Positions 7,746 to 17,626 of a stretch of 64,000 nucleotides of DNA are shown here, piece by piece. Position numbers and translations under genes: made by a program. Positions within the stretch are counted from its first letter, which is position 1; the number at the start of each line of letters is the position of its first letter. This DNA is from an uncultured Selenomonadaceae bacterium (GTDB lineage Bacteria; Bacillota; Negativicutes; Selenomonadales; Selenomonadaceae): the NCBI GenBank assembly GCA_905234395.1, contig CAJOHG010000013.1:5253-69252 (forward strand), read 5' to 3'. The notes beneath the pieces are model-generated. The model was not told where the DNA came from. It saw only the letters and a program-made list of their open reading frames with translations, and made no database searches.

Positions 7746-9044
7746 TCAATTCATCTCCTGCCAAATAATTTTGTCGTCAATTGTAATGTCGCACCCGAAT
7801 TGGACTTCGATAATTTTCAGCGGCTCGTCGGCAATGACGGTGTGTTTGCTGCCAATCGGAAGTTGAATCACGTCACCTGCGCGGACGATTTTTTCCAAGC
7901 CGTCAACGATAATTCTGCCTGTGCCCGCAATAAAATTCCAAACCTCCGAGCGGCGTTCGTGACTGTGATATCTCATGCGGCTGCCGCGATTCAAAGTCAC
8001 TTTGACGGTCAAACTTTCGCTTTCCACGTCGATAATCTTGAAACTGCCCCACGATTTCTCCGCGAAACGAATTTGCTTGTCCAAACGTTCTACGAAAGGT
8101 TTAATGTAACTGGACGCAACTTTATCGGAAACAAGAATGCCTTCGGGCCCGGCGGCAACAACGGCGTCGCGCAAGCCCATGCAAATTATCGGCACGTCGG
8201 AATTGTTTATCACGTGAAGATTCGCGCAGGTCGCATCCGATTGCACTTGACCGATTGAATTCGACGCGAGGACTTCCGTCAGCGTGTTCCATGTGCCGAT
8301 GTCTTTCCATTCGTCCGAATATCGAACGACCGAAATTTTTTTCTCGTGCTCAACAACAGCATAGTCAAAGCTGATATTCGGAAGGTCAGCATAAATTTTT
8401 TTCAACGTGTCGTGCGCGGACGTGCCCAAAAGTTTTTCTGCTTTATCAAGAACGTAACCGAGCTTGAACGCAAAAATTCCGCCGTTCCACAGCGCACCGG
8501 CAGCGATAAATTTTTTCGCATCGGCAAGATTCGGCTTCTCTTTGAACGTGACAACGCGGCTAATATTATCGGCAGTTTGCGGGATTATGTAGCCGTATTT
8601 TTCAGATGGATAAGTCGGCGCAATTCCCATCAGTACAAGAGGCGTATCGGCAACCTGCGCGGCGAGCGTGGTGAATAACGCAAAAAAATTATCGTCAACG
8701 TAAGGATCGACGGGACAAACGATAATCGATTCGTTCAAGTCAATGCGTTTAACTTCGTGCAGATAAGCCGCCGCCAAAGCTATTGACGGAAAAGTATTTC
8801 GTCGACAAGGTTCGGGCGACAAGTCGAATTCATCGCCGAGAAATTTTTTTATGAGCGGCACTTGTTTGTCTGCCGTCGCGATCGTGATTGACGCGTTTGA
8901 ATTTGTGCGGCGAATTTGTTTGACGACTCGTTGCAACATGCATTCTCCGTTGTCGAAAATTTTCAGGAATTGTTTTGAGCGCACGTCGTTTGACAGTGGC
9001 CACAATCTTTGCCCGGAGCCGCCCGACAATAAAATTATCTGCAT
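7746..9044 (-). CDS. manC: Mannose-1-phosphate guanylyltransferase with C-terminal cupin (ManC-like)
   Basis: 432 aa. The N-terminus is LLSGGSGQRLWPLS. The C-terminal cupin contains RMRYHSHERRSEVW. Confidence 0.85.
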   Translation of the reverse strand: MQIILLSGGSGQRLWPLSNDVRSKQFLKIFDNGECMLQRVVKQIRRTNSNASITIATADKQVPLIKKFLGDEFDLSPEPCRRNTFPSIALAAAYLHEVKRIDLNESIIVCPVDPYVDDNFFALFTTLAAQVADTPLVLMGIAPTYPSEKYGYIIPQTADNISRVVTFKEKPNLADAKKFIAAGALWNGGIFAFKLGYVLDKAEKLLGTSAHDTLKKIYADLPNISFDYAVVEHEKKISVVRYSDEWKDIGTWNTLTEVLASNSIGQVQSDATCANLHVINNSDVPIICMGLRDAVVAAGPEGILVSDKVASSYIKPFVERLDKQIRFAEKSWGSFKIIDVESESLTVKVTLNRGSRMRYHSHERRSEVWNFIAGTGRIIVDGLEKIVRAGDVIQLPIGSKHTVIADEPLKIIEVQFGCDITIDDKIIWQEMN

Positions 9045-9063
9045 GAGTTCTCCTTTCGTAAGT

Positions 9064-9666
9064 TTATTTCGTTGCGACCACGTTTAAGCTCATCAATCGC
9101 CCGTGTTCAAAGTCCATGTGCGGAAGATAAGACCTGCTGTAGTCGTCATAATCCTGCGGTAAAAATTCCCGCCAATCATAGCGTTTAACGTCCGAGAATC
9201 CTGCATCCGTCAGCAAATCGGACAATCTCTTGAAGTCGTAGGTTTGATAGTGGAAGTCCAATTCGTATTTACTTCCGCCGTGAAGAAACGACTGCAACTT
9301 GTCAAGATTTTTTGATGACAAATATTCCTCAACGACAGCTTCAAAATCGGGCACGGCAATTCTCAAGATGCCTCCGGGTTTTAAAATCCTGTACCATTCG
9401 CAAAGAACAGAGATTTCATTAATCCCCCCGTCTACTTTGACGGAGAGCAGGTTAACAATACCGCCGTCCACAGAGGCATTTCGTATCCTTGAGCGCGGCA
9501 TATGCTCAATCAAATGACAAGCGTAAATTTCCGCGACAGAATTGTCCGCGAACATATCCAGCTTATCAAGTTTATTTGTGACGTAGTCGACGTGAAGAAA
9601 TTTTCGGGCGTCAAGATGTTTCCAGCCCGGCAAAAATTTTTCGCCGCAACCAATATGCAGTTTCAT
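9064..9666 (-). CDS. Class I SAM-dependent methyltransferase
   Basis: I prefer the internal start MKLHIGCGEKFLPGWKHLD (ATG 9666). It has an ATGA overlap with the upstream reading frame. LKPGGILRIAVPD is also present. Confidence 0.7.
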   Translation of the reverse strand: MKLHIGCGEKFLPGWKHLDARKFLHVDYVTNKLDKLDMFADNSVAEIYACHLIEHMPRSRIRNASVDGGIVNLLSVKVDGGINEISVLCEWYRILKPGGILRIAVPDFEAVVEEYLSSKNLDKLQSFLHGGSKYELDFHYQTYDFKRLSDLLTDAGFSDVKRYDWREFLPQDYDDYSRSYLPHMDFEHGRLMSLNVVATK

Positions 9667-10817
9667 TTCAATTTCCGCTCCTTCAAGAAGTCGTGAATAC
9701 AACGAACAATCTTGCTCAAATGTTCCTTGTTTAAGCCGTGATGGCAACCGACATAAAAGCCGCAATGATTAATCCATTCGGCGACGGGATAATTTTTCTC
9801 CAGGTCACCGAAAAATTTTTTGTACAGCGGCTGATTCAAAAGAGGCATCATCGAGCATGTCTCAATGTTGTTTTTCTCCAATCGCGTCGTCAAATCTCGG
9901 CGGGTGAAGGGCGAATTTTTCTTTATGACAATCGGATACATCATAAAAGAATGCGTGACATAATCGGGATACTGCGGCAAATGAAGATAGTCTTGAACGT
10001 CCTGCAAATTTTCCGTGAGATATTTCGCATTTTCTTTGCGCGTGTTCATGATAAAATCCTTATTCTCGATCTGATCCGGATCAATCGCGCCCTCGAATTC
10101 GCCGATTCGATAACTTTAGCCAAGCCGTAAAAATGTGAAACGTCTGTCCATTTCAGTTTGCGTGCGAAGCGGAGCAAGCAATGAACGGCAAATTTCCATG
10201 AGTTCGCTATCATTTGTCGTGACGACGCCGCCGACGCCCGTGGTTATCGTGTGCGCAAAGTAGGTGCTGAATCCCGCAACTTCGCCGAAATTTCCAATCG
10301 TTTTTCCTTTGTACGTGGCAAAGTGTGCCTCTGCGCAGTCTTCAATGATTTTGAGATTGTATTTCTTCGCAAGCGCAACTATCGGCTCCGTCTCGCAGGG
10401 CTGTCCGAAAAGATGAACAGGCATTATCGCGACGGTGTCCGCGTCAATTTTCTCTTCAACGCGATTCGGATCAATGTTTTAAGTTTTCGGATCAACATCG
10501 ACGAAAACCGGCTCAAGTCCCGTGTGCAAACAGGCATTCGACGTGGCAATAAACGTCACGGCGGGAACAAGCACTTTCAAATTTCTGTCGGCGGTCTTCC
10601 AATCGAATTTCTCTTTCATCGCCTCAAGTCCGACGTGCAAAGCTGAAGTCCCGCTGTTGAGTGCGATACCGTATCTTTGCTCATGCAGATGAGCGAATTC
10701 TTTTTCAAATTTGCGGACAAACGTACCTTGCGACAGGCGATTTGCGTCAAGCATTTCATTGACAAGACGTTTGCCCGTTTCGTTTACAAAAGCTCAGCCG
10801 ATACCGATTTTGTCCAT
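9663..10817 (-). pseudogene. DegT/ColD-type PLP enzyme (GDP-4-keto-6-deoxymannose 3-dehydratase-like) interrupted by three in-frame stops
   Basis: One reading frame runs from ATG 10817 through track ORFs 10479..10754, 10116..10424 and 9663..10049. The stops are TGA 10794-10796, TAA 10479-10481 and TAA 10116-10118, with no frameshift. The active-site segment FSTYFAHTITTGVGG has His where aminotransferases have Lys. Confidence 0.75.
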
Positions 10818-11755
10818 TATTTTTCCTCCGCGAAATGTTTTAAAAAATCTTCGTAAGCGAGCTTGATGCCGTCTTGCAATTCAGTCTTGTAAGTCCAGCC
10901 CAGAGCCGCCGACTTAGACACGTCCAAAACTTTTCGCGGAGTGCCGTTGGGTTTGGAAGGATCCCAAAGAATTTCGCCGTTGTAGCCGATAATTTCTGCG
11001 ACAAGGTTTGCAAAATCTTTTATGGTAATTTCTTTGCCGGTGCCCACGTTGATAATCTCGTTGCTGTCGTAATTGTCCATTGCAAAGACGCAGAACTCCG
11101 CCATATCGTCGACGTAGAGAAATTCACGCATGGGAGTGCCGTCGCCCCAGCAGGTCACGCTCGGCAGATTTTTTTCTTTGGCTTCGTGAAAGCGTCTAAT
11201 CATTGCCGGAAGAACATGCCCGTTTATCGGGTGATAATTATCATTCGGACCGTAAAGATTGGGCGGCATAATCGAAATAAAATTCGTGCCGTATTGCTCA
11301 TTCAGATAACGGCAGTATTTTATACCGATAATTTTTGCCAGCGCGTAACCTTCGTTCGTCGATTCGGGCGCGGCACTTAAAAGAGCATCTTCTTTAATCG
11401 GTTGAGGCGCAAATTTGGGATAAATGCACGACGAGCCGAGAAATAACAATTTTTTGCAACCGTGTATCCACGCCTCATGAATTACGTTCATTTCAATCAT
11501 TGTATTGCAATAAGTTGAGTCAGCGGGATAATCTCTGTTGCCGATAATGCCGCCGACCTTTGCCGCCGCAAGGAAGACGTATTCGGGCTGTTCCTCGGCG
11601 AAAAATTTTTCAACGTCCGCTTGCCGAATCAAATCAAGTTCAGCGTGAGTCCGCGTGATAATGTTGTCGTAACCTTGCCGCACAAGTTCACGAACGATGG
11701 CCGAACCGACCATTCCGCGATGTCCCGCGACAAAAATTTTAGCGTTCTTCTCCAT
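10817..11755 (-). CDS. fcl: GDP-L-fucose synthase (could alternatively be a ColC-type GDP-colitose synthase)
   Basis: 312 aa. Contains FVAGHRGMVGSAI, LGSSCIYP and YALAKI (SDR YxxxK). It neighbours gmd, manC and a fucosyltransferase. Confidence 0.8.
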   Translation of the reverse strand: MEKNAKIFVAGHRGMVGSAIVRELVRQGYDNIITRTHAELDLIRQADVEKFFAEEQPEYVFLAAAKVGGIIGNRDYPADSTYCNTMIEMNVIHEAWIHGCKKLLFLGSSCIYPKFAPQPIKEDALLSAAPESTNEGYALAKIIGIKYCRYLNEQYGTNFISIMPPNLYGPNDNYHPINGHVLPAMIRRFHEAKEKNLPSVTCWGDGTPMREFLYVDDMAEFCVFAMDNYDSNEIINVGTGKEITIKDFANLVAEIIGYNGEILWDPSKPNGTPRKVLDVSKSAALGWTYKTELQDGIKLAYEDFLKHFAEEK

Positions 11756-11769
11756 AAAAAAAATTCCTT

Positions 11770-12768
11770 TCAGTCTCGTAAGAGTTCACGATATTTTTCC
11801 GCGTACCAAGAATACATTTCCGGCAGAGCTTCTGCAAGAGTGATTCGCGCCTTGAAACCTGTCAATGAAAATAATTTCTGCGTGTCGGGACAACGGCGAG
11901 CAACGGAGCCGATTGGTGCGGGATGAATTTCAACGGCGGGATGAAAATTCGCCACATCGAACACCAACGCCAACAAGTCAAGAATTTTTATTTCCTGCGC
12001 GCTGTTGCCGATGTGAATCAATTCGCCGTTGCATTTGTCGCAAAGCATGACGGCTTCCGTCGCGTGAACGGCATCTTCAACTGCGCAAAAAGCCCGCGTC
12101 TCTTGTCCGCCGAAAATCGGAAACGGATCAACTTTGTCGTGAACGCGCTTGAAAAATTCCGGCAGAACGTGATCAAAGCCCATGCGCACTCCGTAAACGT
12201 TATGATAGCGAATAATTTTGAACGGCACGTTACGAGTTCGGCAATAGTTTATCGTCAAAAGTTCGCCCGCAATTTTGCTGCCGCCGTATGACCAGCGCGG
12301 ATTGAAAACGTCATCGACAGTCAACGGAATATCTTCGCGGCTTGGAATGAACTGCGCGGCATTGGAAAATCGATTGACGGTTCCCGCATAAGCTTCCGAC
12401 GAGGACGAAAATAGAAACGCGCCGCAATTCTCCGACGTGCACCACTCCAGCATATTCATCAACGACAGCATATTGACGCGCAAAACTTCATAGGGACGCT
12501 CGTAAAAATTTTTCGTGCCGTTAATCGCCGCAAGGTGATAAATTTCGTCGTAGCGACCGGAAAGTTTGGCGCAGAAATTTTTTTGCGTCATGTCCTCGTT
12601 GAGAGCGATAACGTTTTCACGCGCAGAAAGTTTCGCAAACATTTCGTCAGCCGCGCCGCGCGAGTGATTGTCAATAATCGTTATCTGCGTGTCTGCTTGC
12701 CGCGAAAGATATTCCGCCAAATGACAGCCGATGAATCCGCCGCCGCCCGTAACAATTATTCTGCGCAT
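11770..12768 (-). CDS. NAD-dependent sugar epimerase/dehydratase (extended SDR)
   Basis: 332 aa. Contains VTGGGGFIGCHL and YGGSKIAGE. Confidence 0.75.
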   Translation of the reverse strand: MRRIIVTGGGGFIGCHLAEYLSRQADTQITIIDNHSRGAADEMFAKLSARENVIALNEDMTQKNFCAKLSGRYDEIYHLAAINGTKNFYERPYEVLRVNMLSLMNMLEWCTSENCGAFLFSSSSEAYAGTVNRFSNAAQFIPSREDIPLTVDDVFNPRWSYGGSKIAGELLTINYCRTRNVPFKIIRYHNVYGVRMGFDHVLPEFFKRVHDKVDPFPIFGGQETRAFCAVEDAVHATEAVMLCDKCNGELIHIGNSAQEIKILDLLALVFDVANFHPAVEIHPAPIGSVARRCPDTQKLFSLTGFKARITLAEALPEMYSWYAEKYRELLRD

Positions 12769-14063
12769 GTGTCAGCCTCCTCAAGCAGAAAATTTCCCAA
12801 CGTGAAGACTTTGATTGAATCACTCGCGAAGATTTTTTTGCAGACGTGCCACGCATCAAACACGACGAAATTTTTCAGCGCGGGCAGTTGAAATTCTTCG
12901 TAGCGTTCATGATTGTTGAGCACCAGCAATGCCGCCGAATCTTCGCAAGCCGCCGATAAATCCGTGACGACCGCTCCGAGTTGCAATGTCTCCAAATCTT
13001 CGACAGGCGCAACAATATCATGCAACCGCAGTGAATAACCCGCCGCGTGTAATTTTCGGGCGATGTTCACCGACGACGAGCCGCGCAAATCCGACGTTGC
13101 GGGACGACCTTTGAAAGCCATGCCCGACAAGACGACCGCCTTTGATTTGTCAACGTGACGTTTGATCCAATCGACGATGAAATCTTCAAGAGATTCGTTT
13201 ATCTTGCGTGCAGAGAGAATAAAATTTTTGCTCGCGCAATCGGGCAAGTTGTCCGTCAAAATGTAAGCGTCCTTTTCAAGGCAAGGACCCGCGACAAAGC
13301 CCGGCAAAGAAATTTTCGCACGTGAATAGCCTTCATTGGCAAGACGAATCACATTTGCGCCGTCCACGCCGAATTTTTGCGCCGCAAGACAAAACGCATT
13401 GCCGACGGAAAAATTTATGTCACGATAGGTGTTGCAGTAAAGTTTGGCAAGTTCAGCCTCTTCCAAAGTGTTCGCCGTGATTATCTGCGGAGAAATTTTT
13501 TCAAAGACTCGCCGCGCCATTTGCAGTGCCGATGAATTGTTTCCGCTGATGATTTGCGGCAACGTCGTCAATTCGCGCAGAGCTTTACCTTCGACGGTGC
13601 GTTCAGGACACATGCTCACGAAAAGTTCTTCCGCAGGTTTGCCGCTCAACTTTGCCAGCAACGGCAGGACAACTTTGCGCGTGGTGCCGACCGAAACTGT
13701 CGAACGAATTATCACGAGTTGCTTGCCGTCGTAAACGGTGCGCAGTGATTCAATCGCGGTGCTTATCGCCTCGAAGTTCGGTTGCGTTGAATTCGGATAG
13801 AGCGGCGTGCCGACTGTGATTATAAACGCGTCAAATAATTCAATGGGGGGGTTATTGAATGTGTCGACGCAGTGAAAATTTTTGCGATTGTGTTTGGCAA
13901 TGAGTTCGTCAAGTCCCGGCTCAAAAAAATTGGCGCGATCTTTTTGCAGGCAAGCTTTGATCTTCGGATTGAGCTCCGTGCCGAAAATTTCTGCGCCGCG
14001 TGATGCCGCCGCAATCGCCAAAGTCAGCCCGACGTAGCCGAGTCCGACAATTCCTATTCTCAA
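12756..14063 (-). CDS. Nucleotide-sugar dehydrogenase (UDP-glucose/GDP-mannose dehydrogenase family)
   Basis: 435 aa. Has an N-terminal Rossmann segment IGIVGLGYVGL, a central GPCLEKD catalytic-Cys motif and a C-terminal GMAFKG. Confidence 0.8.
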   Translation of the reverse strand: MRIGIVGLGYVGLTLAIAAASRGAEIFGTELNPKIKACLQKDRANFFEPGLDELIAKHNRKNFHCVDTFNNPPIELFDAFIITVGTPLYPNSTQPNFEAISTAIESLRTVYDGKQLVIIRSTVSVGTTRKVVLPLLAKLSGKPAEELFVSMCPERTVEGKALRELTTLPQIISGNNSSALQMARRVFEKISPQIITANTLEEAELAKLYCNTYRDINFSVGNAFCLAAQKFGVDGANVIRLANEGYSRAKISLPGFVAGPCLEKDAYILTDNLPDCASKNFILSARKINESLEDFIVDWIKRHVDKSKAVVLSGMAFKGRPATSDLRGSSSVNIARKLHAAGYSLRLHDIVAPVEDLETLQLGAVVTDLSAACEDSAALLVLNNHERYEEFQLPALKNFVVFDAWHVCKKIFASDSIKVFTLGNFLLEEADTCAE

Positions 14064-15061
14064 ATTGAATCGCCTCCAAAAATTTTCAAATCGGCTTGCA
14101 CCATCATTTTGACCAGTTCGCGGAATGAAACTTTTCTTTGCCAGCCGAGCAGACGTTGAGCTTTTGACGGATCGCCCAAAAACAAATCGGCTTCGGCGGG
14201 ACGGAAATATTTAGGATCGACTTCAACCAAAAGCTTTCCCGTCTTAGTGCAATAAGCCTTCTCGTCCAAGCCCGTGCCGTGCCATTCGATTTGTATGCCA
14301 ATTTCTTCAAATGCCAACGCGACGAATTCTCTAAGTGTATGTGTCTCGCCGGTTGCCAAAACAAAATCGTCGGGCTTGTCGTGTTGAAGAATCAGCCACA
14401 TTCCCTCGACGTAATCACCGGCAAATCCCCAATCGCGTTTGGAATCCAGATCGCCCAAAGCCAATTTGTCCTGCAAGCCCACGCAGATTTTTGCGACAGC
14501 GATTGAAATTTTCCGCGTGACGAATTCAATGCCACGCCTCGGCGACTCGTGATTAAATGCAATGCCGTTGCAAGCAAACATTTTGTAAGCCTCGCGATAG
14601 TTGATTGTAGTGAAGTAAGCGTATAATTTTGCCATCGCGTAGGGATTTTTGGGATGAAGTGGAGATTTTTCGGATTGCGGAGCCGTGCCCGGAGAGCCGT
14701 CAAAAAGTTGTGATGTGGCGGCTTGATAAAATTTTGCGTCAGATTTATTTTGACGAATCGCCTCCAAAATTTTTAACGCGCCGAGTCCGTTTACCTGTGC
14801 AGTGTATTCGGGCATTTTGAAAGAAAGTCCCGTGGAAGACTGTGCCGCCAAATTGTAAACTTCATCGGGCTGAACGTCGCGAATTAAATTCATCATACGC
14901 AATGAGTCCGTCACGTCGCCATAGTGCAGAAAAAAATTCGCGTCGTCAATGTGGTCAATGCGTTCAGTGCAAGGTGTGCTGTTGTAGCGAATCAGCCCGT
15001 GAACCTCATAACCTTTCGACAGCAACAGTTCTGCCAAATACGAGCCGTCTTGCCCGGTCAC
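14060..15061 (-). CDS. gmd: GDP-mannose 4,6-dehydratase
   Basis: Contains TGQDGSYLAELLLSKGYEVHG, YAMAKLYA and NHESPRRG. The track start (GTG 15061) removes the first Rossmann strand. An in-frame ATT at 15085 would give MKSAIITGVTGQDG (see findings). Confidence 0.9.
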   Translation of the reverse strand: MTGQDGSYLAELLLSKGYEVHGLIRYNSTPCTERIDHIDDANFFLHYGDVTDSLRMMNLIRDVQPDEVYNLAAQSSTGLSFKMPEYTAQVNGLGALKILEAIRQNKSDAKFYQAATSQLFDGSPGTAPQSEKSPLHPKNPYAMAKLYAYFTTINYREAYKMFACNGIAFNHESPRRGIEFVTRKISIAVAKICVGLQDKLALGDLDSKRDWGFAGDYVEGMWLILQHDKPDDFVLATGETHTLREFVALAFEEIGIQIEWHGTGLDEKAYCTKTGKLLVEVDPKYFRPAEADLFLGDPSKAQRLLGWQRKVSFRELVKMMVQADLKIFGGDSI

Positions 15062-15185
15062 GCCCGTTATTATCGCGCTCTTAATAAAAAATTTTCACCT
15101 CACGTTGATTTTGTGTATTCTATTTGACGCCCCGCGCAAAGTCAATTAAAATTCAAGAAACAAATCAAAATTCGGGAGAGATTCA

Positions 15186-17564
15186 ATGATTAGAGACGCT
15201 TTCAAAACTTTGGAGTTCGATAAAATTTTGGCGCGACTGCGTGACTGCGCGACGAGTAATTTCGGAAAAGAGCTTGCCGAAAAATTAAAGCCCGACGACG
15301 ACTTCGACATCGTCCGCGAAAATTTATCGTTGACGACCGAAGCCGTTAAAATTTTTGCCGTGAGTTCGCCGCCGCTCGGAGGATTCAGAGACGTTCGCGA
15401 GACGTTCAAGAAAATTCGCCTAGGTTCCGTTGCCGACGCCGAAGAATTATTAAACGTGCTGTCGACGATGTACACCATGCGCCAAGTCAAAAAATTTTTC
15501 AAAGAGAGCGAAATCGACGCGCCGCAATTAAAATCGCGTGCCACCGAACTTGAAATTCTCGGCAACCTGGAACGTCAACTTGAAAACGCAATCGACGACC
15601 ACGGAGCCGTTCGCGACACCGCAAGCGTCGAACTGCAAAAGATTCGTCGTGAACTGCGCAACGCTCAAAGCCGAATCAAGAGCGAAATTTTTAACATTCT
15701 TCACGACAGCGGCAAGCAAAAATTTTTTCAGGATGCACTCGTCACCATGCGCGGCGACCGTTACGTTCTGCCCGTCAAACTCGAATACAAGGCGCAATTT
15801 CCCGGCATTGTTCACGATCAATCGGCGACCGGCGCGACAGTTTTTATTGAGCCGTTGAGCGTCGTCAATCTTAACAACAGCGTCAAACAGCTTGAGGCGG
15901 AAGAACGCCACGAGGTCATGAGAATTCTGCGCAACTTGAGCGACGCCGTCAGAAAAAATCTCGACTCGCTTACAAACAACGTGAAAATTTTGGCGGACAT
16001 CGATTTGCTTTTCGCGAAGGCAAAACTTGCACGAGATTTGAACGCGACGGAACCGATGCTTGAAAATTTCACGGACTTAAAATCTGCGCGGCACCCGCTG
16101 ATTGATTCGGCAAGCGTCGTTCCGATTGACATTCAGCTCGGCGAAAAATTTTCAATGCTGCTCGTAACCGGGCCGAACACCGGCGGAAAAACCGTTTCCA
16201 TGAAAACTCTCGGACTGCTCGCTTTGATGACACAATGCGGGCTTTACATTCCTGCGGCAAGCGGCTCACGTATTGCGGTCTTCACGAACATTTTCGCGGA
16301 CATCGGCGACGAACAATCAATCGAACAGAGCTTGTCGACTTTCTCGGCGCACATGAAAAAAATCGTGGCGATTCTTGATGACGTGACCTCAAGCGATTTG
16401 GTTTTGCTCGACGAAATTGGCGCAGGAACCGATCCCGATGAAGGCGCGGCTTTGGCGATGGCGATCCTTGAACGACTGCTGCAAATCGGAGCGGCGACAA
16501 TCGCGACAACTCATTATTCCGAACTGAAAACTTTTGCATATTCGACGGACGGAATTGAAAATGCTTGCGTGGAATTCGACGCCGAAACTTTGCGACCGAC
16601 TTATCGGCTGTTGATTGGCATTCCCGGCGCGAGCAACGCTTTTGCAATCAGTCAACGTCTCGGCTTGCCAAAAAGTTTGATTCTTCGCGCGAAGCAACTA
16701 ATCACCGCCGACCACGCGAATTTTGAACAAGTCATCAGCGAACTTGAGAACCAACGCATGATTTTTGAGCAACGTAACGCAGAAATTTTTGAACGTCAAC
16801 AGCAGGCGATTCGTCACGAGAAAAAAATTGCCGAGATGCGCGACGAAATTGCCAAGACCAAGGGCGACATCATTCGCAAGGCTCGTGAAAAATCTGCGGC
16901 AATGGTGCGCGAGACCAAACGCGAGGCTGAAGAAATTATCGCGGCACTTAAAGAGCAATTCGACGACGCGGGCATTAAACGCCGGCAACAAGTCATTCAA
17001 CAATCGCGCGACAAAATTCGTGAGGCTGAAATCGATTCGGCAACGGGAATCATCGCGGATAAACACGTTGGCACACGAATTGACAAGAAAAAAATTTTCA
17101 TCGGCGACACGGTTTATATCAAGCCGCTTGACCAGAAAGGCGCGGTGCTGTCAATCGAAAAGGACGGCGACGAATTGAGCGTACAAATCGGAGCAATGCG
17201 CACGACCGTTAAAACTTCTTCGTGCCGATTCGTCAGTCGCGGACAACAAGAAAATTTTCCGCCGTCAACTTCCACGAATCAAAATCGCGGCTCGCTCGGA
17301 CTTTTGCAGAAAATGGAAACGGTTAAACGGAGCATTGACATTCGCGGAATGACGGTTGACGAGGCAGAACAAATTTGCGGCAAATTCATCGACGACGCGC
17401 AACTTTCCGGGCTCAAGCAGATTTTGATAATTCACGGCAAAGGGACGGGCGCACTTCGGCAAGGCGTGCATGAATTTTTGCGCGGGAACAAATCGGTTGC
17501 GAGTTTCCAATTCGCCGACCAAGACGAAGGCGGCTCCGGCGCGACACTCGTCACGATAAAATAA
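15186..17564 (+). CDS. mutS2: Endonuclease MutS2
   Basis: 792 aa. Has a MutS ATPase domain (VTGPNTGGKT, LLDEIGAGTDP) and a C-terminal Smr domain (IDIRGMTVDEA...IIHGKGTGALR). Confidence 0.92.
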   Translation: MIRDAFKTLEFDKILARLRDCATSNFGKELAEKLKPDDDFDIVRENLSLTTEAVKIFAVSSPPLGGFRDVRETFKKIRLGSVADAEELLNVLSTMYTMRQVKKFFKESEIDAPQLKSRATELEILGNLERQLENAIDDHGAVRDTASVELQKIRRELRNAQSRIKSEIFNILHDSGKQKFFQDALVTMRGDRYVLPVKLEYKAQFPGIVHDQSATGATVFIEPLSVVNLNNSVKQLEAEERHEVMRILRNLSDAVRKNLDSLTNNVKILADIDLLFAKAKLARDLNATEPMLENFTDLKSARHPLIDSASVVPIDIQLGEKFSMLLVTGPNTGGKTVSMKTLGLLALMTQCGLYIPAASGSRIAVFTNIFADIGDEQSIEQSLSTFSAHMKKIVAILDDVTSSDLVLLDEIGAGTDPDEGAALAMAILERLLQIGAATIATTHYSELKTFAYSTDGIENACVEFDAETLRPTYRLLIGIPGASNAFAISQRLGLPKSLILRAKQLITADHANFEQVISELENQRMIFEQRNAEIFERQQQAIRHEKKIAEMRDEIAKTKGDIIRKAREKSAAMVRETKREAEEIIAALKEQFDDAGIKRRQQVIQQSRDKIREAEIDSATGIIADKHVGTRIDKKKIFIGDTVYIKPLDQKGAVLSIEKDGDELSVQIGAMRTTVKTSSCRFVSRGQQENFPPSTSTNQNRGSLGLLQKMETVKRSIDIRGMTVDEAEQICGKFIDDAQLSGLKQILIIHGKGTGALRQGVHEFLRGNKSVASFQFADQDEGGSGATLVTIK

Positions 17565-17576
17565 CGACGCGTTCAT

Positions 17577-17616
17577 AAAAAAAAATTCCTCGTGAAATCT
17601 TCGCGAGGATTTTTTG
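17577..17616. terminator. Bidirectional rho-independent terminator between mutS2 and the LCP gene
   Basis: The stem TCCTCG/CGAGGA is flanked by an A-run on the left and a T-run on the right. Confidence 0.7.
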
Positions 17617-17626
17617 TGCAAAGGTC

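Noticed and set aside
7200-8258. A 352-aa plus-strand ORF. Similar long antisense ORFs lie at 60040..61101, 31573..32364, 27405..28175, 25100..25696 and 62718..63437.
   Set aside because: Each one mirrors a strongly supported gene on the other strand (fucosyltransferase/manC, GT4, S55 peptidase, exported proteins, hydrolase, res). They lack an RBS and have Arg/Phe/Asn-rich shadow-ORF composition.
9663-10817. Whether the three in-frame stops in the colD-like gene reflect stop-codon reassignment or selenocysteine.
   Set aside because: TAA and TGA both terminate many neighbouring well-supported genes at the expected positions. No SECIS-like hairpin follows the TGA. A pseudogene is the simplest reading.
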